NCBI GenBank assembly: GCA_016927655.1
Contig: JAFGMG010000010.1
Location: forward strand, 16,180 to 80,179
Direction of reading: 5' to 3'
Source of the DNA: Candidatus Dojkabacteria bacterium
Lineage (GTDB): Bacteria > Patescibacteriota > Dojkabacteria > B142 > JAFGMG01
Length of the DNA stretch: 64,000 bases
A program made the position numbers and the translations under genes. Under the pieces are notes generated by a model. The model made no database searches, was not told where the DNA came from, and was given only the letters and a program-made list of their open reading frames with translations. Of the stretch, positions 51,642 through 62,592 are shown piece by piece (positions within the stretch are counted from its first letter, which is position 1; every line of letters starts with the position of its first letter).

Positions 51642-52034
51642 ATGGCACATACAAAAGCCCAAGGGGCAGCAAACAGAACAGTAAATGTAGAAGGCAAGAG
51701 GCTTGGAATCAAGAGATATGCCGGAGAGATGGTCAATGCCGGCACCATTATTGTCAGACAGAAGGGAACGAAATTCCACCCCGGAATTAATGCAAAAATG
51801 GGCAGAGATTTCACAATTTTTGCATCAGAAAGCGGCACAGTCAGCTACAGAGGTATGACAGGTCATCACAGAGGACAGAAGTACATAGATATAAAAGTCG
51901 CCGAGACTAAAGCTAAAAAAGCTGCAAAAAAACCGGCAAAGGTAACTCCAAGGAAAGTCGTTGCAAAGAAACCTCCTGTCAAAAAAGCAGCGCCGAAAAA
52001 AGTACCAGCTAAAAAAACTACTGCAAAGAAATAA
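51642..52034 (+). CDS. rpmA: 50S ribosomal protein L27 with Lys/Ala/Pro-rich C-terminal extension
   Basis: MAHTKAQGAANRTVNVEGKRLGIKR...IIVRQKGTKFHPG. The tail AKKAAKKPAKVTPRKVVAKKPPVKKAAPKKVPAKKTTAKK makes it ~45 aa longer than typical L27. Confidence 0.85.
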   Translation: MAHTKAQGAANRTVNVEGKRLGIKRYAGEMVNAGTIIVRQKGTKFHPGINAKMGRDFTIFASESGTVSYRGMTGHHRGQKYIDIKVAETKAKKAAKKPAKVTPRKVVAKKPPVKKAAPKKVPAKKTTAKK

Positions 52035-52085
52035 TTTCACTAATTCGAGTTTTACGTCAATTCTTATTCAAGCTATACTTATGCT

Positions 52086-52637
52086 ATGGACTATAAAGAC
52101 TTCCAGCCAAAACTAATAGTCGGATTAGGAAATCCCGGCAAAGAGTATTCTGACACCTTTCACAACGCAGGCTTTATGCTCATCGACTATTTAAGACAGA
52201 AGATCGGAAAGACCTCTGAAGTTATCAATAAAAAAGAATATGAAATGACAATCCTCCAGGAAAAAGGATTGAAGTTACTCAAACCACTAAACTATATGAA
52301 TAATTCCGGTCCGGTGATCGCGCAATTTCTAAAGTTTAATGAACTTGAACCGGAAGAAATCCTAATTGCATTTGATGATCTTGATCTGGAATTTGGTGAA
52401 TACAAAATTCAACAAGGGAAATTCCCCAAAAGCCATAACGGCATAAATTCAATCCATGAATCAACAGGGAAGGCAGATTATTGGTACCTGCGAATTGGAA
52501 TCGAGACAAGAGATGAGAAAAGAAAGCAGCAGCAAAAAGGAGAGGACTATGTCTTATCTAGAATGACGCCTAATCAACAAAAAACACTTCAATCTCTTTT
52601 TGATAAAATCTCAGCGGATATCTTCAGCGGGCTTTAA
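52086..52637 (+). CDS. pth: peptidyl-tRNA hydrolase
   Basis: LIVGLGNPGKEYSDTFHNAGF motif. Confidence 0.85.
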   Translation: MDYKDFQPKLIVGLGNPGKEYSDTFHNAGFMLIDYLRQKIGKTSEVINKKEYEMTILQEKGLKLLKPLNYMNNSGPVIAQFLKFNELEPEEILIAFDDLDLEFGEYKIQQGKFPKSHNGINSIHESTGKADYWYLRIGIETRDEKRKQQQKGEDYVLSRMTPNQQKTLQSLFDKISADIFSGL

Positions 52638-53558
52638 GATTTCGGGAGTCTCCCCATTATAAAGCTGCATCCAGAATTCTTGATCCATATAAGGGAATAT
52701 CTCCCTCCACATTTGTTTTAAAATTTCAAGTTTTATACTTCCTTCTACGTCTTGCTGTGTCTCTTTCAGATATCCCCTTGGATCGATAACGTATGCAGCA
52801 AATTCTTCAGCCATCTGTCTGTCCATATTTTCGTCGTTTATCTCATGACCTAAATTAACATTCCACACTTCTCTGTATTTCTGCATTGCACCGGATTCTT
52901 CAAGTTTTGCCTGCAGCAAACCTTGCGCACCCGAAAGGTATTGCGTTCTTGAAAGCAGCTCAGCCTCTTCATTAGTAATATCCCAATTTGAACCGGGGAA
53001 TGCGGCAACAACTAGTACCTTCCTATCCTCCAGAATTATCAGTCCTGTTTGCCGGGCGCTATCTCCAATGATAATCTCATCAAGACCCAACTCAGCTAAT
53101 ATTTCCGGGCTAAACCCGGGAATATTTGATATTGAATTTAAAATTAGTTTAATACCAGCAAGGTTTGCTTCAGTTATTTCAAGAGTTCCATCTCCGTCAT
53201 TATCTATGTATATACCATTGATTTCGTAGACCTCTTCGATAGAGTCGATTTGATCCTCAAGAGATGTATACCATCCTGCATCTTCAAAAACCACAGCCGC
53301 CCCAGACCTATTTAAAAATGTTTCGCCCTGGCGAAATGTTTCATCCCTACAATCTTTTTCTGTTGCCAATCTGAAGCAAGTTATTAGAGTTATACCTGTA
53401 ACTCCCAGCCCGACAATCTCCTTCCAGGGCCGTTTTGATTTTGCATTCTCTGATAAATCCTGTTTTGGCTCCAGTGGAGATACTATATGCTCCTCTTCTG
53501 GGCACTGACCGGTTTGCTCTACAACGTCTATTGACCATTCTGACATTGCCATATTCAT
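52611..53558 (-). CDS. hypothetical membrane-anchored protein
   Basis: 315 aa ORF, one TM near the N-terminus. Confidence 0.4.
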   Translation of the reverse strand: MNMAMSEWSIDVVEQTGQCPEEEHIVSPLEPKQDLSENAKSKRPWKEIVGLGVTGITLITCFRLATEKDCRDETFRQGETFLNRSGAAVVFEDAGWYTSLEDQIDSIEEVYEINGIYIDNDGDGTLEITEANLAGIKLILNSISNIPGFSPEILAELGLDEIIIGDSARQTGLIILEDRKVLVVAAFPGSNWDITNEEAELLSRTQYLSGAQGLLQAKLEESGAMQKYREVWNVNLGHEINDENMDRQMAEEFAAYVIDPRGYLKETQQDVEGSIKLEILKQMWREIFPYMDQEFWMQLYNGETPEILKPAEDIR

Positions 53559-53671
53559 TATATAAAATCATTGGATTATACCATTACTTTCATTATCTTA
53601 TGTCTTGCAATGCTATTTAAATCAAGATATATTTACATATTAGCTGCTTACTTATTTTTTATTATTATTAA

Positions 53672-53998
53672 ATGACAACTATCTTCGGTGTAGATCTCGA
53701 TAAGGAGATCACTCCAATCAATGTTAGAGATGCCATAATTGAGTGTTTTTATCAAGCACACTGTGAGGATTCCGGCATTACTCGCGGAGATGAAATATTA
53801 ACTAAGGATTATTGTGCAAGCATTGTCAAAAAAGCTTTTGATGATGTGGAAGGAGATTATGACAACCCTACAAAAAAAGACATTTTAAAAACAATGACAA
53901 AACTTAGCGAGTTCTCTACTAATTTTAGAACAGAGGAAGAAGTAAAAAAGAATTATATGAAAATAAGCAAGCTTGTTGAACAATTGAAAGATGATTAA
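53672..53998 (+). CDS. hypothetical protein (possible antitoxin partner of downstream GNAT)
   Basis: 108 aa ORF overlapping the GNAT gene start by 8 nt. Confidence 0.4.
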   Translation: MTTIFGVDLDKEITPINVRDAIIECFYQAHCEDSGITRGDEILTKDYCASIVKKAFDDVEGDYDNPTKKDILKTMTKLSEFSTNFRTEEEVKKNYMKISKLVEQLKDD

Positions 53999-54497
53999 AA
54001 TTGTCACGTTGACAATCAGCGACTGGCAGGCATACCGAGACCTCAGGCTTCAAGCATTAAAAGAGAGTCCTCTTGCATTTACAACAACCCTTCATGAAGC
54101 TCTCAAAAACGTAGCCGATGACTGGAAAGGCTACCTCAAATCTCAAAATTCAATCACACTTTTTGCAAAAAAAGGACAGTCCCTTGTTGGTATGGGAGCG
54201 GCAATTTTCAATGAGAAAGAGAGAACCTCACACATTGCAGAAATAGTCGGATTTTACGTCTTGAAAGAACATAGAGGCAAAGGAATCGGCGGGAAATTAT
54301 TTCAAAACATTCTTAGGAATATAGAAGATCTGGAAAATATTATAAAAATAAAACTCGGTGTCGCAGAAACCCAAAAAGCCGCTCTTGGACTTTATAAAAA
54401 ATTTGGTTTTAAGATAATTGGAACGCAGGAGAAGGAGTTGGTCTTGGACGGAAAATACTATGATGTCATACTGATGGAAAAAATGCTTAATAAATAG
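53991..54497 (+). CDS. GNAT-family N-acetyltransferase
   Basis: RGKGIGGKLF acetyl-CoA binding motif; 168 aa. Confidence 0.8.
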   Translation: MIKIVTLTISDWQAYRDLRLQALKESPLAFTTTLHEALKNVADDWKGYLKSQNSITLFAKKGQSLVGMGAAIFNEKERTSHIAEIVGFYVLKEHRGKGIGGKLFQNILRNIEDLENIIKIKLGVAETQKAALGLYKKFGFKIIGTQEKELVLDGKYYDVILMEKMLNK

Positions 54498-54643
54498 TAT
54501 AATTGACGCATGAAAATACAAAAACTAAATAACAACAATAATAATTCTAACGCTTTTTAAGCGGGATTTGTTATTGAAGTTTTTAGTAAATCAGATCTCG
54601 CGGGAAGCGGGATTTTTGTTTTATAGCAAGATTTAGAATAAAA

Positions 54644-54715
54644 TGGGCGATAGCATAACGGTATTGCAATTCGCTGTTAACGAATAGATTGTAGGTTCGA
54701 ATCCTACTCGCCCAG
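54644..54715 (+). tRNA. tRNA-Asn (anticodon GTT)
   Basis: Acceptor tgggcga/tcgccca, anticodon stem attcg/cgaat, loop ctGTTaa, T-arm gtaggttcgaatcctac, discriminator G; no encoded CCA. Confidence 0.7.
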
Positions 54716-54768
54716 CTTTGTCGCAATTACAACATTAGAATATAATTTATTCTTGTTATTAATAATTT

Positions 54769-56148
54769 ATGAAAGTTTCAATCGTCGGGACTGGCTACGT
54801 CGGATTGACAACCGGATCATTACTGGCCGCTGCCGGCAACAAAGTATATTGCATTGATGTTGATCCGAAAAAGATTGATATAATCAAAGAAGGGAAAGCC
54901 CACTTCTACGAACCGGGACTGGATGAATTTGTTAATAAAGCAATCAGCTCTAAGAACTTGATTCCTACCCTTGATTATAAAGAAGCGATCCCTAATTCTG
55001 AAATAGCAATAATATCTGTAGGTACCCCCACGAACCCGGATGGCTCTCTTGATCTTTCCTATGTTTTTTCCGCCGCTGAATCTATCATCAAGCATATGCA
55101 AAACGGACTGATTATTGTGCAGAAAAGTACTGTGCCGGTAGGAACTGGAAGAGAGATTATGAAAATGATTGAAAAGAGTGGGAAAAAAGCCTCAGTTGTA
55201 TCATGCCCGGAATTTCTATCTGAGGGAAGCGCGGTCTTCGATACCTTTAATCTAGACAGACTTGTAGTTGGCTCAGATAATAAAAAAGCTATGACGGAAG
55301 TTGTCGGACTTTTTAAAAGTCTCGACCAGTTTAGCAAAACACTAGACCTGTCAAAATATAAAGAATTCTCAGAAATTTACAAAAAGAAAACCAAGTTAAA
55401 TACTGACATTCCATTTGAAGAGCGGGTTTTATATCTTGGCCTTGAAAGTGCCGAAATGGTGAAAATCACTGCAAACGCCTATCTCGCTACAAAAATCAGC
55501 TTTGCAAATTCAATTGCAAGAATTTGCGATAAGGTTGGAGCTGACTCGAGCGAGGTTATGGAGGGGATTGGCAGAGACCAAAGAATAGGACGCGATTTTC
55601 TATATCCAGGACTTGGCTGGGGCGGCGGCTGTTTTCCAAAAGACACCTCTGGGCTTTTGTTTCTGGCAAATGAAAACGGACTTAATTTTGCTCAACTCCA
55701 GGCAACTATTTCAATCAATGAATCTCAGTCAGATTATGTAGCTGCGAAAATTCAAGGAGCACTTAATGGTGATCTTAAAAACAGAAAAATAGGAATTTTG
55801 GGCCTCTCTTATAAACCTGGGACAAACGATACCAGGGAATCACCAGCTGTCAAGCTTGCCAATAAACTTATCAAGAAAGGAGCAGAAGTGACTGTTTTTG
55901 ATCCTGAAGCTATGGAGGAAGCGAAGTCTTTTTTAGCTGAAAAAATTAAACTAGCGGATTCGGCTAAGAAAATTTTCGACGGCTCAGAAGCTGTTGTGCT
56001 TGCTACTGACTGGCCTGAATTCCTGAAACTGAACTTTAAGGATTTAAAAAGCAAAACAAAGAGAGCTGTTATAATTGACGCTAGAAATAAACTTGATAAG
56101 GAAGAATTAAAAAAAATAGGCTATACTTATATCGGAATTGGCAGATAG
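54769..56148 (+). CDS. UDP-glucose (or UDP-sugar) 6-dehydrogenase
   Basis: N-terminal VSIVGTGYVGL Rossmann motif; catalytic GWGGGCFPKD. Confidence 0.85.
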   Translation: MKVSIVGTGYVGLTTGSLLAAAGNKVYCIDVDPKKIDIIKEGKAHFYEPGLDEFVNKAISSKNLIPTLDYKEAIPNSEIAIISVGTPTNPDGSLDLSYVFSAAESIIKHMQNGLIIVQKSTVPVGTGREIMKMIEKSGKKASVVSCPEFLSEGSAVFDTFNLDRLVVGSDNKKAMTEVVGLFKSLDQFSKTLDLSKYKEFSEIYKKKTKLNTDIPFEERVLYLGLESAEMVKITANAYLATKISFANSIARICDKVGADSSEVMEGIGRDQRIGRDFLYPGLGWGGGCFPKDTSGLLFLANENGLNFAQLQATISINESQSDYVAAKIQGALNGDLKNRKIGILGLSYKPGTNDTRESPAVKLANKLIKKGAEVTVFDPEAMEEAKSFLAEKIKLADSAKKIFDGSEAVVLATDWPEFLKLNFKDLKSKTKRAVIIDARNKLDKEELKKIGYTYIGIGR

Positions 56149-56177
56149 CAAATAATTATAATATTACATACAAAATA

Positions 56178-57464
56178 ATGACGATCGCAGAACTTAAAAA
56201 TTATCTCGGCAAAGAGGTGACTATACAAGGCTGGATGTACAATAAACGCTCCTCTGGGAAAATTGCATTTTTACAAATCCGCGATGGAAGCGGCTTCTTG
56301 CAGGCAATAGTCGAGCAGGAAAAAGCCGGTGAAATAAACTGGGAAAAGGTAGAAAAGTTAACAATTGAATCATCTGTAATCATAAAAGGTACAGTCACCA
56401 AACACCCGAAAAAAGAAGAATATGAAATCCAGGTTTCAGAAGTCGAAATATTAAATATTGCGCCGGAATATCCAATCAGCAAAAAAGAGCACGGCCCGGA
56501 ATTTTTGTTTGATAATCGCGATTTGTATCTGCGATCGAAAACTCCATGGGCAGTTCTGCGAATCAGAAACCAGGTTTTTCTCAGCATTACAAACTTTTTT
56601 GCCGAGCAAGGATTTATCCGATTTGACACACCGATCTTGCAGCCAACAAGCTGTGAAGACACCACACAGCTATTTGATCTGAAATACTACGACACAATGA
56701 TGTATCTGTCGCAATCCGGACAATTGTACAGCGAAGCAGGGATAATGGGATTTGGAAAAGTTTATGATTTTGGCCCGGTTTTCAGAGCAGAGAAAAGCAA
56801 AACGAGACATCACTTAAGTGAGCTTTGGATGATGGATGCAGAAATGGCTTTTTTCGATCAAAAGATGAACATGGATCTGCAGGAGAGAATGGTTAAGCGG
56901 ATTGTGAAAGATGTGCTTAGAAAATGCAAAGTCGAGCTGGAAATTCTTGAGAGAGACACGACAATTCTGCAAAATATAGTTGAAAAGTCATTTCTGCACA
57001 TGACACACAAACAGGCAAAGGAAGAATGCAAAACAGACGGCCTTGAGACAGAATTTTTAGCTGATATGAGCACTGAGGAGGAGATTCATCTTGGAAACAA
57101 ACATAAACTTCCAATATTTATCGAGGATTATCCCTTTGAAGTAAAAGCCTTCTACATGAAGAAATATGAAAAAGATGGGGTAGTTTATGCTAAAAATTCT
57201 GATTTAATCGCACCGGAAGAAGGCAGAGAGATTATCGGGGGCTCGCAGAGAGAGGATAGCTACGAAGTAATCCTAGAGGAGATAAAGAAACGCGGCTATC
57301 CAAAAGATGATTACGAATGGTACTTAAATACACGCAAATATGGCAGTGTAATTCACAGCGGCTTTGGGATCGGCCTGGAAAGAACTATCAGATGGCTTAC
57401 CCGAGTCCACCACATTAGAGAAACAATTCCATTTCCAAGGACACTAACTAGAAGCAAACCATAA
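56178..57464 (+). CDS. class IIb aminoacyl-tRNA synthetase (asparaginyl- or archaeal-type aspartyl-tRNA synthetase)
   Basis: N-terminal OB fold; class II motifs FRAE and GGSQRE...GFGIGLER; 428 aa; tRNA-Asn lies 1.5 kb upstream. Confidence 0.8.
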   Translation: MTIAELKNYLGKEVTIQGWMYNKRSSGKIAFLQIRDGSGFLQAIVEQEKAGEINWEKVEKLTIESSVIIKGTVTKHPKKEEYEIQVSEVEILNIAPEYPISKKEHGPEFLFDNRDLYLRSKTPWAVLRIRNQVFLSITNFFAEQGFIRFDTPILQPTSCEDTTQLFDLKYYDTMMYLSQSGQLYSEAGIMGFGKVYDFGPVFRAEKSKTRHHLSELWMMDAEMAFFDQKMNMDLQERMVKRIVKDVLRKCKVELEILERDTTILQNIVEKSFLHMTHKQAKEECKTDGLETEFLADMSTEEEIHLGNKHKLPIFIEDYPFEVKAFYMKKYEKDGVVYAKNSDLIAPEEGREIIGGSQREDSYEVILEEIKKRGYPKDDYEWYLNTRKYGSVIHSGFGIGLERTIRWLTRVHHIRETIPFPRTLTRSKP

Positions 57465-57571
57465 AGTCAAAATTTACTATCCAATATTTGCACTCCTTTT
57501 TGTCATTCGCTATACTGATTTTAGAATTTGGCAGGGATTCTGCCTGTTCCATAATTTTTTAGCACAAAAAA

Positions 57572-58411
57572 ATGCCCAGCACTTTAACACAAAGGCGTTC
57601 AGGAGGTACCGCTGCTTCCAAAAACACCGGTAATAATTCTGCCCCAAGAAAATCTTCAACACAGAATTCAATGATGCCGGCAAGATCAAGTCTAAGCTCT
57701 ATTGACAAAATGACCCAGCCAAATGAAGCAGGCTCGGTTTTCAAAATAATAATCTGGGGAGTTGTGATTCTTGCAACAGGAATTGGACTTGCAGTAATCG
57801 TTAGAAATCTAACAAAACAAAATACAGACGAAGCAGATACTACCCAGGAAACCACAGAAGAAGAGACGACAGCTGAAGAAACAACTACTGAGGAAGATGC
57901 GACAGAAACCGAAGAAATTGATACGACCGATGAAGATGCTGAGGAAGAAGATACGACTGATGACACCGCAGACGAAACTACCGATACAACAGAGGAGACT
58001 ACCGCAACGGGTGAATACTCTAAATCCGACCAGACGATCAACGAAGGCCTGACTACAAATACAGTATCAACCATAGGCTATAGCTACAGTACGACTGCGA
58101 TAAACTTTGAATACGATATCAAACTCTCAAATGCAGCAACATATCCTAAAGTAACGGCGACTCTTGACGAAACTGAAAAAACCTTGACGGTTGTAGTATA
58201 CAATCTAGCAACAGACAGCATCGTGGGGAATGGCGGAAGCGGGACAACGGAATTTGCTTCCCCAAGAAATGTCCAGTCAGTAGACATTTCGAATGCAAGC
58301 AACAAGACGACTTTTGTCTTCGAAATGAACACAGCGACCCAGTACAAACTGGTAAAAACAACAAATGACGCTGGTGTGACCGTTGTAAGAGTAGACATCA
58401 AAAACAGCTGA
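57572..58411 (+). CDS. membrane-anchored protein with Thr/Glu/Asp-rich low-complexity linker
   Basis: TM IIIWGVVILATGIGLAVIV, then TTEEETTAEETTTEEDATETEE..., then a beta-rich C-terminal domain. Confidence 0.45.
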   Translation: MPSTLTQRRSGGTAASKNTGNNSAPRKSSTQNSMMPARSSLSSIDKMTQPNEAGSVFKIIIWGVVILATGIGLAVIVRNLTKQNTDEADTTQETTEEETTAEETTTEEDATETEEIDTTDEDAEEEDTTDDTADETTDTTEETTATGEYSKSDQTINEGLTTNTVSTIGYSYSTTAINFEYDIKLSNAATYPKVTATLDETEKTLTVVVYNLATDSIVGNGGSGTTEFASPRNVQSVDISNASNKTTFVFEMNTATQYKLVKTTNDAGVTVVRVDIKNS

Positions 58412-58443
58412 CAGGAAGTATTTAATTTTTAGTATAAACTGAG

Positions 58444-59598
58444 ATGAGTAGTAGTTTCCTTGGTGAAGAAAATGTACCCAGTAATAATCCGGAGATTACT
58501 TCAACAGAAGAACAAGCGCAGCCGACAGAAGGCACCCCTGATAACTTGGGAAAAGCACTGGCGAGAATAGCAGGATCCCCAAGGACACGTCAGGGTAACT
58601 TTGGACCAGGATTAAGAGCTGAATTGAGCCAAAGGTCTACTTCCAAACCGATTGTTGAAAGCCGAACGCCAGCAAAACCAGACGACCCTCAAGACCAGGA
58701 GGGTGATAGCAAATATGAGCCGGAACAAGAAATAAGTTCCGCACCAGAAACTAATCAACAGGAAGAGACGGGTGATGCCTTAAACGAAGGTATCACCGGT
58801 ATCCCCGAAACTTCAGAAGAGACTGCAGAAACTGGAGGGGATCAAAAGGATATTAACGAAATGATTGAATCAACCTGGAATGAAGAAACAACAGCGAACG
58901 AAATATTAAACTTTGTTCGTGAAACAGAAGACCAGGATCTTTTAAAGGTTCCCGTGGAAACAAGGACGCAGCTTCGTAGAATTATGCATAAAGCTGCAAG
59001 AAAGGCATTAGAAAATTCAGATAGGAATGAATTAGTTTCATTGATACTCCTAGGACATAGATACAGTGAAGAATATGGTACGTCAGATTACCGTGGATTT
59101 TGGAAGGAAGCACTAAAAAAATTATTCCCAAAACAAGATGAAAAACAGAATGATCAAGAATCCTCATCAGGAATACTTGAAGAAATATTGAACGATTCTG
59201 AATTAACTATTCTAGATTTTGCCATATTACACGGAGTGATCAATCAGATGGCTAGGGATAGAATGGCTAGACCTGAGAGCGAAATCAACTTAGACATGGA
59301 ACAAGTCAATATCCTTTTTCTTAATAAAATAGAGCAAGATATCAACAAACTTGCAAACCCCAGTGAAGGAATAGAGGAATCAGATAAGTTGATAATAAAC
59401 AGAATGATCGATAAGATAAGATATGAGATAGAATTACAACCTGATCTAGATTATGATACTACCCTCGGATATTTAAGAGCACTTGCAAAACTACACGAAG
59501 CCGTGATTGGTGATGAGACTAGGGAAACAATAAAGACTATATATAGACTTATTAATAAAACAGAAGCAGAAATTGACAGAAGAAACACTGTAATATAA
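58444..59598 (+). CDS. acidic hypothetical protein
   Basis: 384 aa ORF, disordered acidic N-terminal half, helical C-terminal half. Confidence 0.4.
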   Translation: MSSSFLGEENVPSNNPEITSTEEQAQPTEGTPDNLGKALARIAGSPRTRQGNFGPGLRAELSQRSTSKPIVESRTPAKPDDPQDQEGDSKYEPEQEISSAPETNQQEETGDALNEGITGIPETSEETAETGGDQKDINEMIESTWNEETTANEILNFVRETEDQDLLKVPVETRTQLRRIMHKAARKALENSDRNELVSLILLGHRYSEEYGTSDYRGFWKEALKKLFPKQDEKQNDQESSSGILEEILNDSELTILDFAILHGVINQMARDRMARPESEINLDMEQVNILFLNKIEQDINKLANPSEGIEESDKLIINRMIDKIRYEIELQPDLDYDTTLGYLRALAKLHEAVIGDETRETIKTIYRLINKTEAEIDRRNTVI

Positions 59599-59658
59599 TC
59601 CGAATAGTATGATATCAAGGCTTTATGCTATAATGAAAAGTTTTATTCTTTTCATTAA

Positions 59659-62592
59659 ATGACCGAACAAAAGGCGAAGCCCGGCAGAGAAACCGCGAAT
59701 CCAAATACGCATATTATCATCAAAGGCGCCAGAACAAACAATCTCAAAAATATCGACGTAAATATCCCAAAGAACAAATTCGTCGTAATAACCGGCGTTT
59801 CCGGCTCAGGCAAATCTTCTTTAGCCTTTGATACAATCTATGCAGAGGGGCATAGGAAGTACGTAGAATCGCTCTCAGCATATGCCAGACAGTTTTTGGG
59901 CGTTATGGACAAGCCGGATGTCGATATTATTGAAGGCCTGAGCCCTGCAATATCAATTGACCAGAAATCAGCAGGACACAATCCTCGCTCAACAGTAGGA
60001 ACCGTTACAGAAATATATGACTATTTGAGACTGCTTTTTGCAAGAATCGGCCGTGCGCATTGTCCGGACGATGGGACACCCCTTGAATCACAGACTATCC
60101 AGGAAATCGTTGATAGTATAAAGCAGATCAAGGGCACAAAAATTATGCTACTTGCACCGATAATTAAAAATCGCAAGGGAACCTACGAAGAATTATTTGA
60201 ACGGCTTAGCAAACAAGGCTACGTCAGAGTAAGGGTAAATGGCGAGGTTTTTTCACTTGAGGAAGACATCAAACTGGACAGATACGTAAAACACAATATC
60301 GATGTAGTTATTGACCGCTTGATAATTGATAAAAAACTAGATAAAGCAAAAGAGAAAAGAATAACTGATTCAGTAGAGGCCGCAACAAGCCTTGCTGAAG
60401 GCGAAATAATCGTCAGCAGGGAAGAAAATGGAAAGTGGATCGATAAATTATACTCAGAAAACAGCACATGCAAAACCTGCGGAAGATCATTTCAGAAATT
60501 AGAACCACACAGTTTTTCATTCAATTCACCATTTGGCGCATGCGAAAATTGCTCTGGCCTGGGAATTATCAAAGAAATTGACCCAGAACTTATCTACAAT
60601 CCCCGCCTTACAATTTCAGAAGGAGGAATTTATCCATGGTCCAGGATGGCTGACAATCCAAATTCATTCTATATGAAACTGATTGAGGCAGTTGCAAAAA
60701 AGCATGGATTTTCAATGCGTGAGCCGATTGGCGAACTAAGCGAAAATGCACGAAATATTATTCTATATGGGACCGATCGTGAAAAATACGTAGTGACATA
60801 TGACAGTCAGACCTACGGCACCCAAAACAATCATATGACTAGTTTCGAGGGCGTTATAAACAATCTAGAGAGAAGATACAAGCAGACAGATTCCGACTAT
60901 ATCAGAAAGGAAATTGAGAATTATATGCGTACTGTGCTTTGCCCAGTCTGCGAAGGAGAGAGATTAAAGAAAGAGTCTCTTTCAGTATTTATTGACAAGA
61001 AAAATATAAATCAGATGACTGAAATGTCAATCAAGCAGGCAGTCAAATGGATTGAGACTCTTGAGAATGGGGGGATTTTGACAAGATCAGAAGAAATGAT
61101 TGCCAGACAGGTAATAAAAGAAATCACTGCAAGATTAAATTTCCTTGAAGCAGTTGGGTTAGAATATCTGACAATAAACAGGAAAGCAAACAGCTTATCT
61201 GGCGGAGAAGCGCAGAGAATCAGACTCGCTTCGCAAATCGGCTCAGGTTTGACCGGGGTACTTTATGTACTTGATGAACCATCAATTGGCCTGCACCAAA
61301 GAGATAACGAACGGCTATTGAGCACTTTGAAGGAATTAAAAAATCTAGGAAACACAGTCCTGGTCGTTGAACACGATGAAGATACAATCAAAAAAGCTGA
61401 TCATATAATTGATATTGGACCAGGGGCAGGAGAACATGGGGGAGAAGTCGTTTGCGAAGGGAAGATCGAGTCTATAACTAAAAACAAGAATTCTCTTACA
61501 GGTCAATATCTTGCCGGCAAAAAGGAGATCACCAAGTCTGGAATTGCTAAGGAAGTTGAACAAATTATAAAAAAACATACCAAAAACGGCACAAACAATG
61601 GCAATACTTTGAAAATAATTGGTGCTGCACAGAACAATCTGAAATCAATTGACGTAGAATTGCCATTAGGGAAAATGATCGCCATTACAGGTGTATCCGG
61701 TTCTGGAAAATCCTCGCTGATCAATGACATATTGTATAAATCTCTTGCAAGAACTTTAAACAGAGCAAAATCGCAGCCGGGTAATCACAAGTCAATAGAA
61801 GGAATAGAAAACATTGACAAAGTCGTAAATATTGACCAATCGCCTATAGGCAGAACTCCAAGATCCAACCCAGCAACTTATACAGGTCTTTTCACACCAA
61901 TAAGAGATTTGTTTGCAAGCACCAGAGAGGCCAAATCGAGAGGCTACAAGACGGGCCGTTTCAGCTTTAATGTCAAAGGCGGCAGGTGCGAAAAATGCCA
62001 GGGAGATGGAGTGATAAAAATTGAAATGCAGTTTTTGCCTGATGTCTACATTAAATGCGAGACTTGTAACGGTCAGAGATACAATAGAGACACCTTGCAG
62101 ATTGATTATAAAGGAAGAAATATCTCAAATGTGCTTGATATGACGGTCGAACAGGCACTGGCATTTTTCGCCAAAATCCCGGCAATCTCAAACAAACTCC
62201 AAACTCTCATGGACGTGGGGCTTGGATACATCAAACTCGGCCAGCCGGCAACCACACTTTCCGGCGGAGAGGCCCAAAGAGTAAAACTTGCTACAGAGCT
62301 TTCAAAGCGCTCAACTGGCAAAACACTTTATATCCTAGACGAGCCGACAACAGGTCTGCATTTTGAGGACGTTCGCAAGCTGCTCATAGTCCTTCATTCA
62401 CTTGTAGCAAAAGGCAACACCGTGATAGTAATTGAGCACAATATGGACGTGATCAAAACCTCAGACTGGATAATCGATCTTGGTCCTGAAGGCGGTGATA
62501 AAGGAGGGGAAATCATAGCAACAGGGACGCCGGAACAAGTGGCAAATTCAAAAGAAAGCTATACAGGAGAATGGCTCCGGAGAATTTTCTAA
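59659..62592 (+). CDS. uvrA: excinuclease ABC subunit A
   Basis: Two ABC modules ([10 protein letters not shown] x2, LSGGEAQR x2), zinc fingers CKTCGRSF...CENC and CEKCQGDG...CETCNG. Confidence 0.9.
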   Translation: MTEQKAKPGRETANPNTHIIIKGARTNNLKNIDVNIPKNKFVVITGVSGSGKSSLAFDTIYAEGHRKYVESLSAYARQFLGVMDKPDVDIIEGLSPAISIDQKSAGHNPRSTVGTVTEIYDYLRLLFARIGRAHCPDDGTPLESQTIQEIVDSIKQIKGTKIMLLAPIIKNRKGTYEELFERLSKQGYVRVRVNGEVFSLEEDIKLDRYVKHNIDVVIDRLIIDKKLDKAKEKRITDSVEAATSLAEGEIIVSREENGKWIDKLYSENSTCKTCGRSFQKLEPHSFSFNSPFGACENCSGLGIIKEIDPELIYNPRLTISEGGIYPWSRMADNPNSFYMKLIEAVAKKHGFSMREPIGELSENARNIILYGTDREKYVVTYDSQTYGTQNNHMTSFEGVINNLERRYKQTDSDYIRKEIENYMRTVLCPVCEGERLKKESLSVFIDKKNINQMTEMSIKQAVKWIETLENGGILTRSEEMIARQVIKEITARLNFLEAVGLEYLTINRKANSLSGGEAQRIRLASQIGSGLTGVLYVLDEPSIGLHQRDNERLLSTLKELKNLGNTVLVVEHDEDTIKKADHIIDIGPGAGEHGGEVVCEGKIESITKNKNSLTGQYLAGKKEITKSGIAKEVEQIIKKHTKNGTNNGNTLKIIGAAQNNLKSIDVELPLGKMIAITGVSGSGKSSLINDILYKSLARTLNRAKSQPGNHKSIEGIENIDKVVNIDQSPIGRTPRSNPATYTGLFTPIRDLFASTREAKSRGYKTGRFSFNVKGGRCEKCQGDGVIKIEMQFLPDVYIKCETCNGQRYNRDTLQIDYKGRNISNVLDMTVEQALAFFAKIPAISNKLQTLMDVGLGYIKLGQPATTLSGGEAQRVKLATELSKRSTGKTLYILDEPTTGLHFEDVRKLLIVLHSLVAKGNTVIVIEHNMDVIKTSDWIIDLGPEGGDKGGEIIATGTPEQVANSKESYTGEWLRRIF

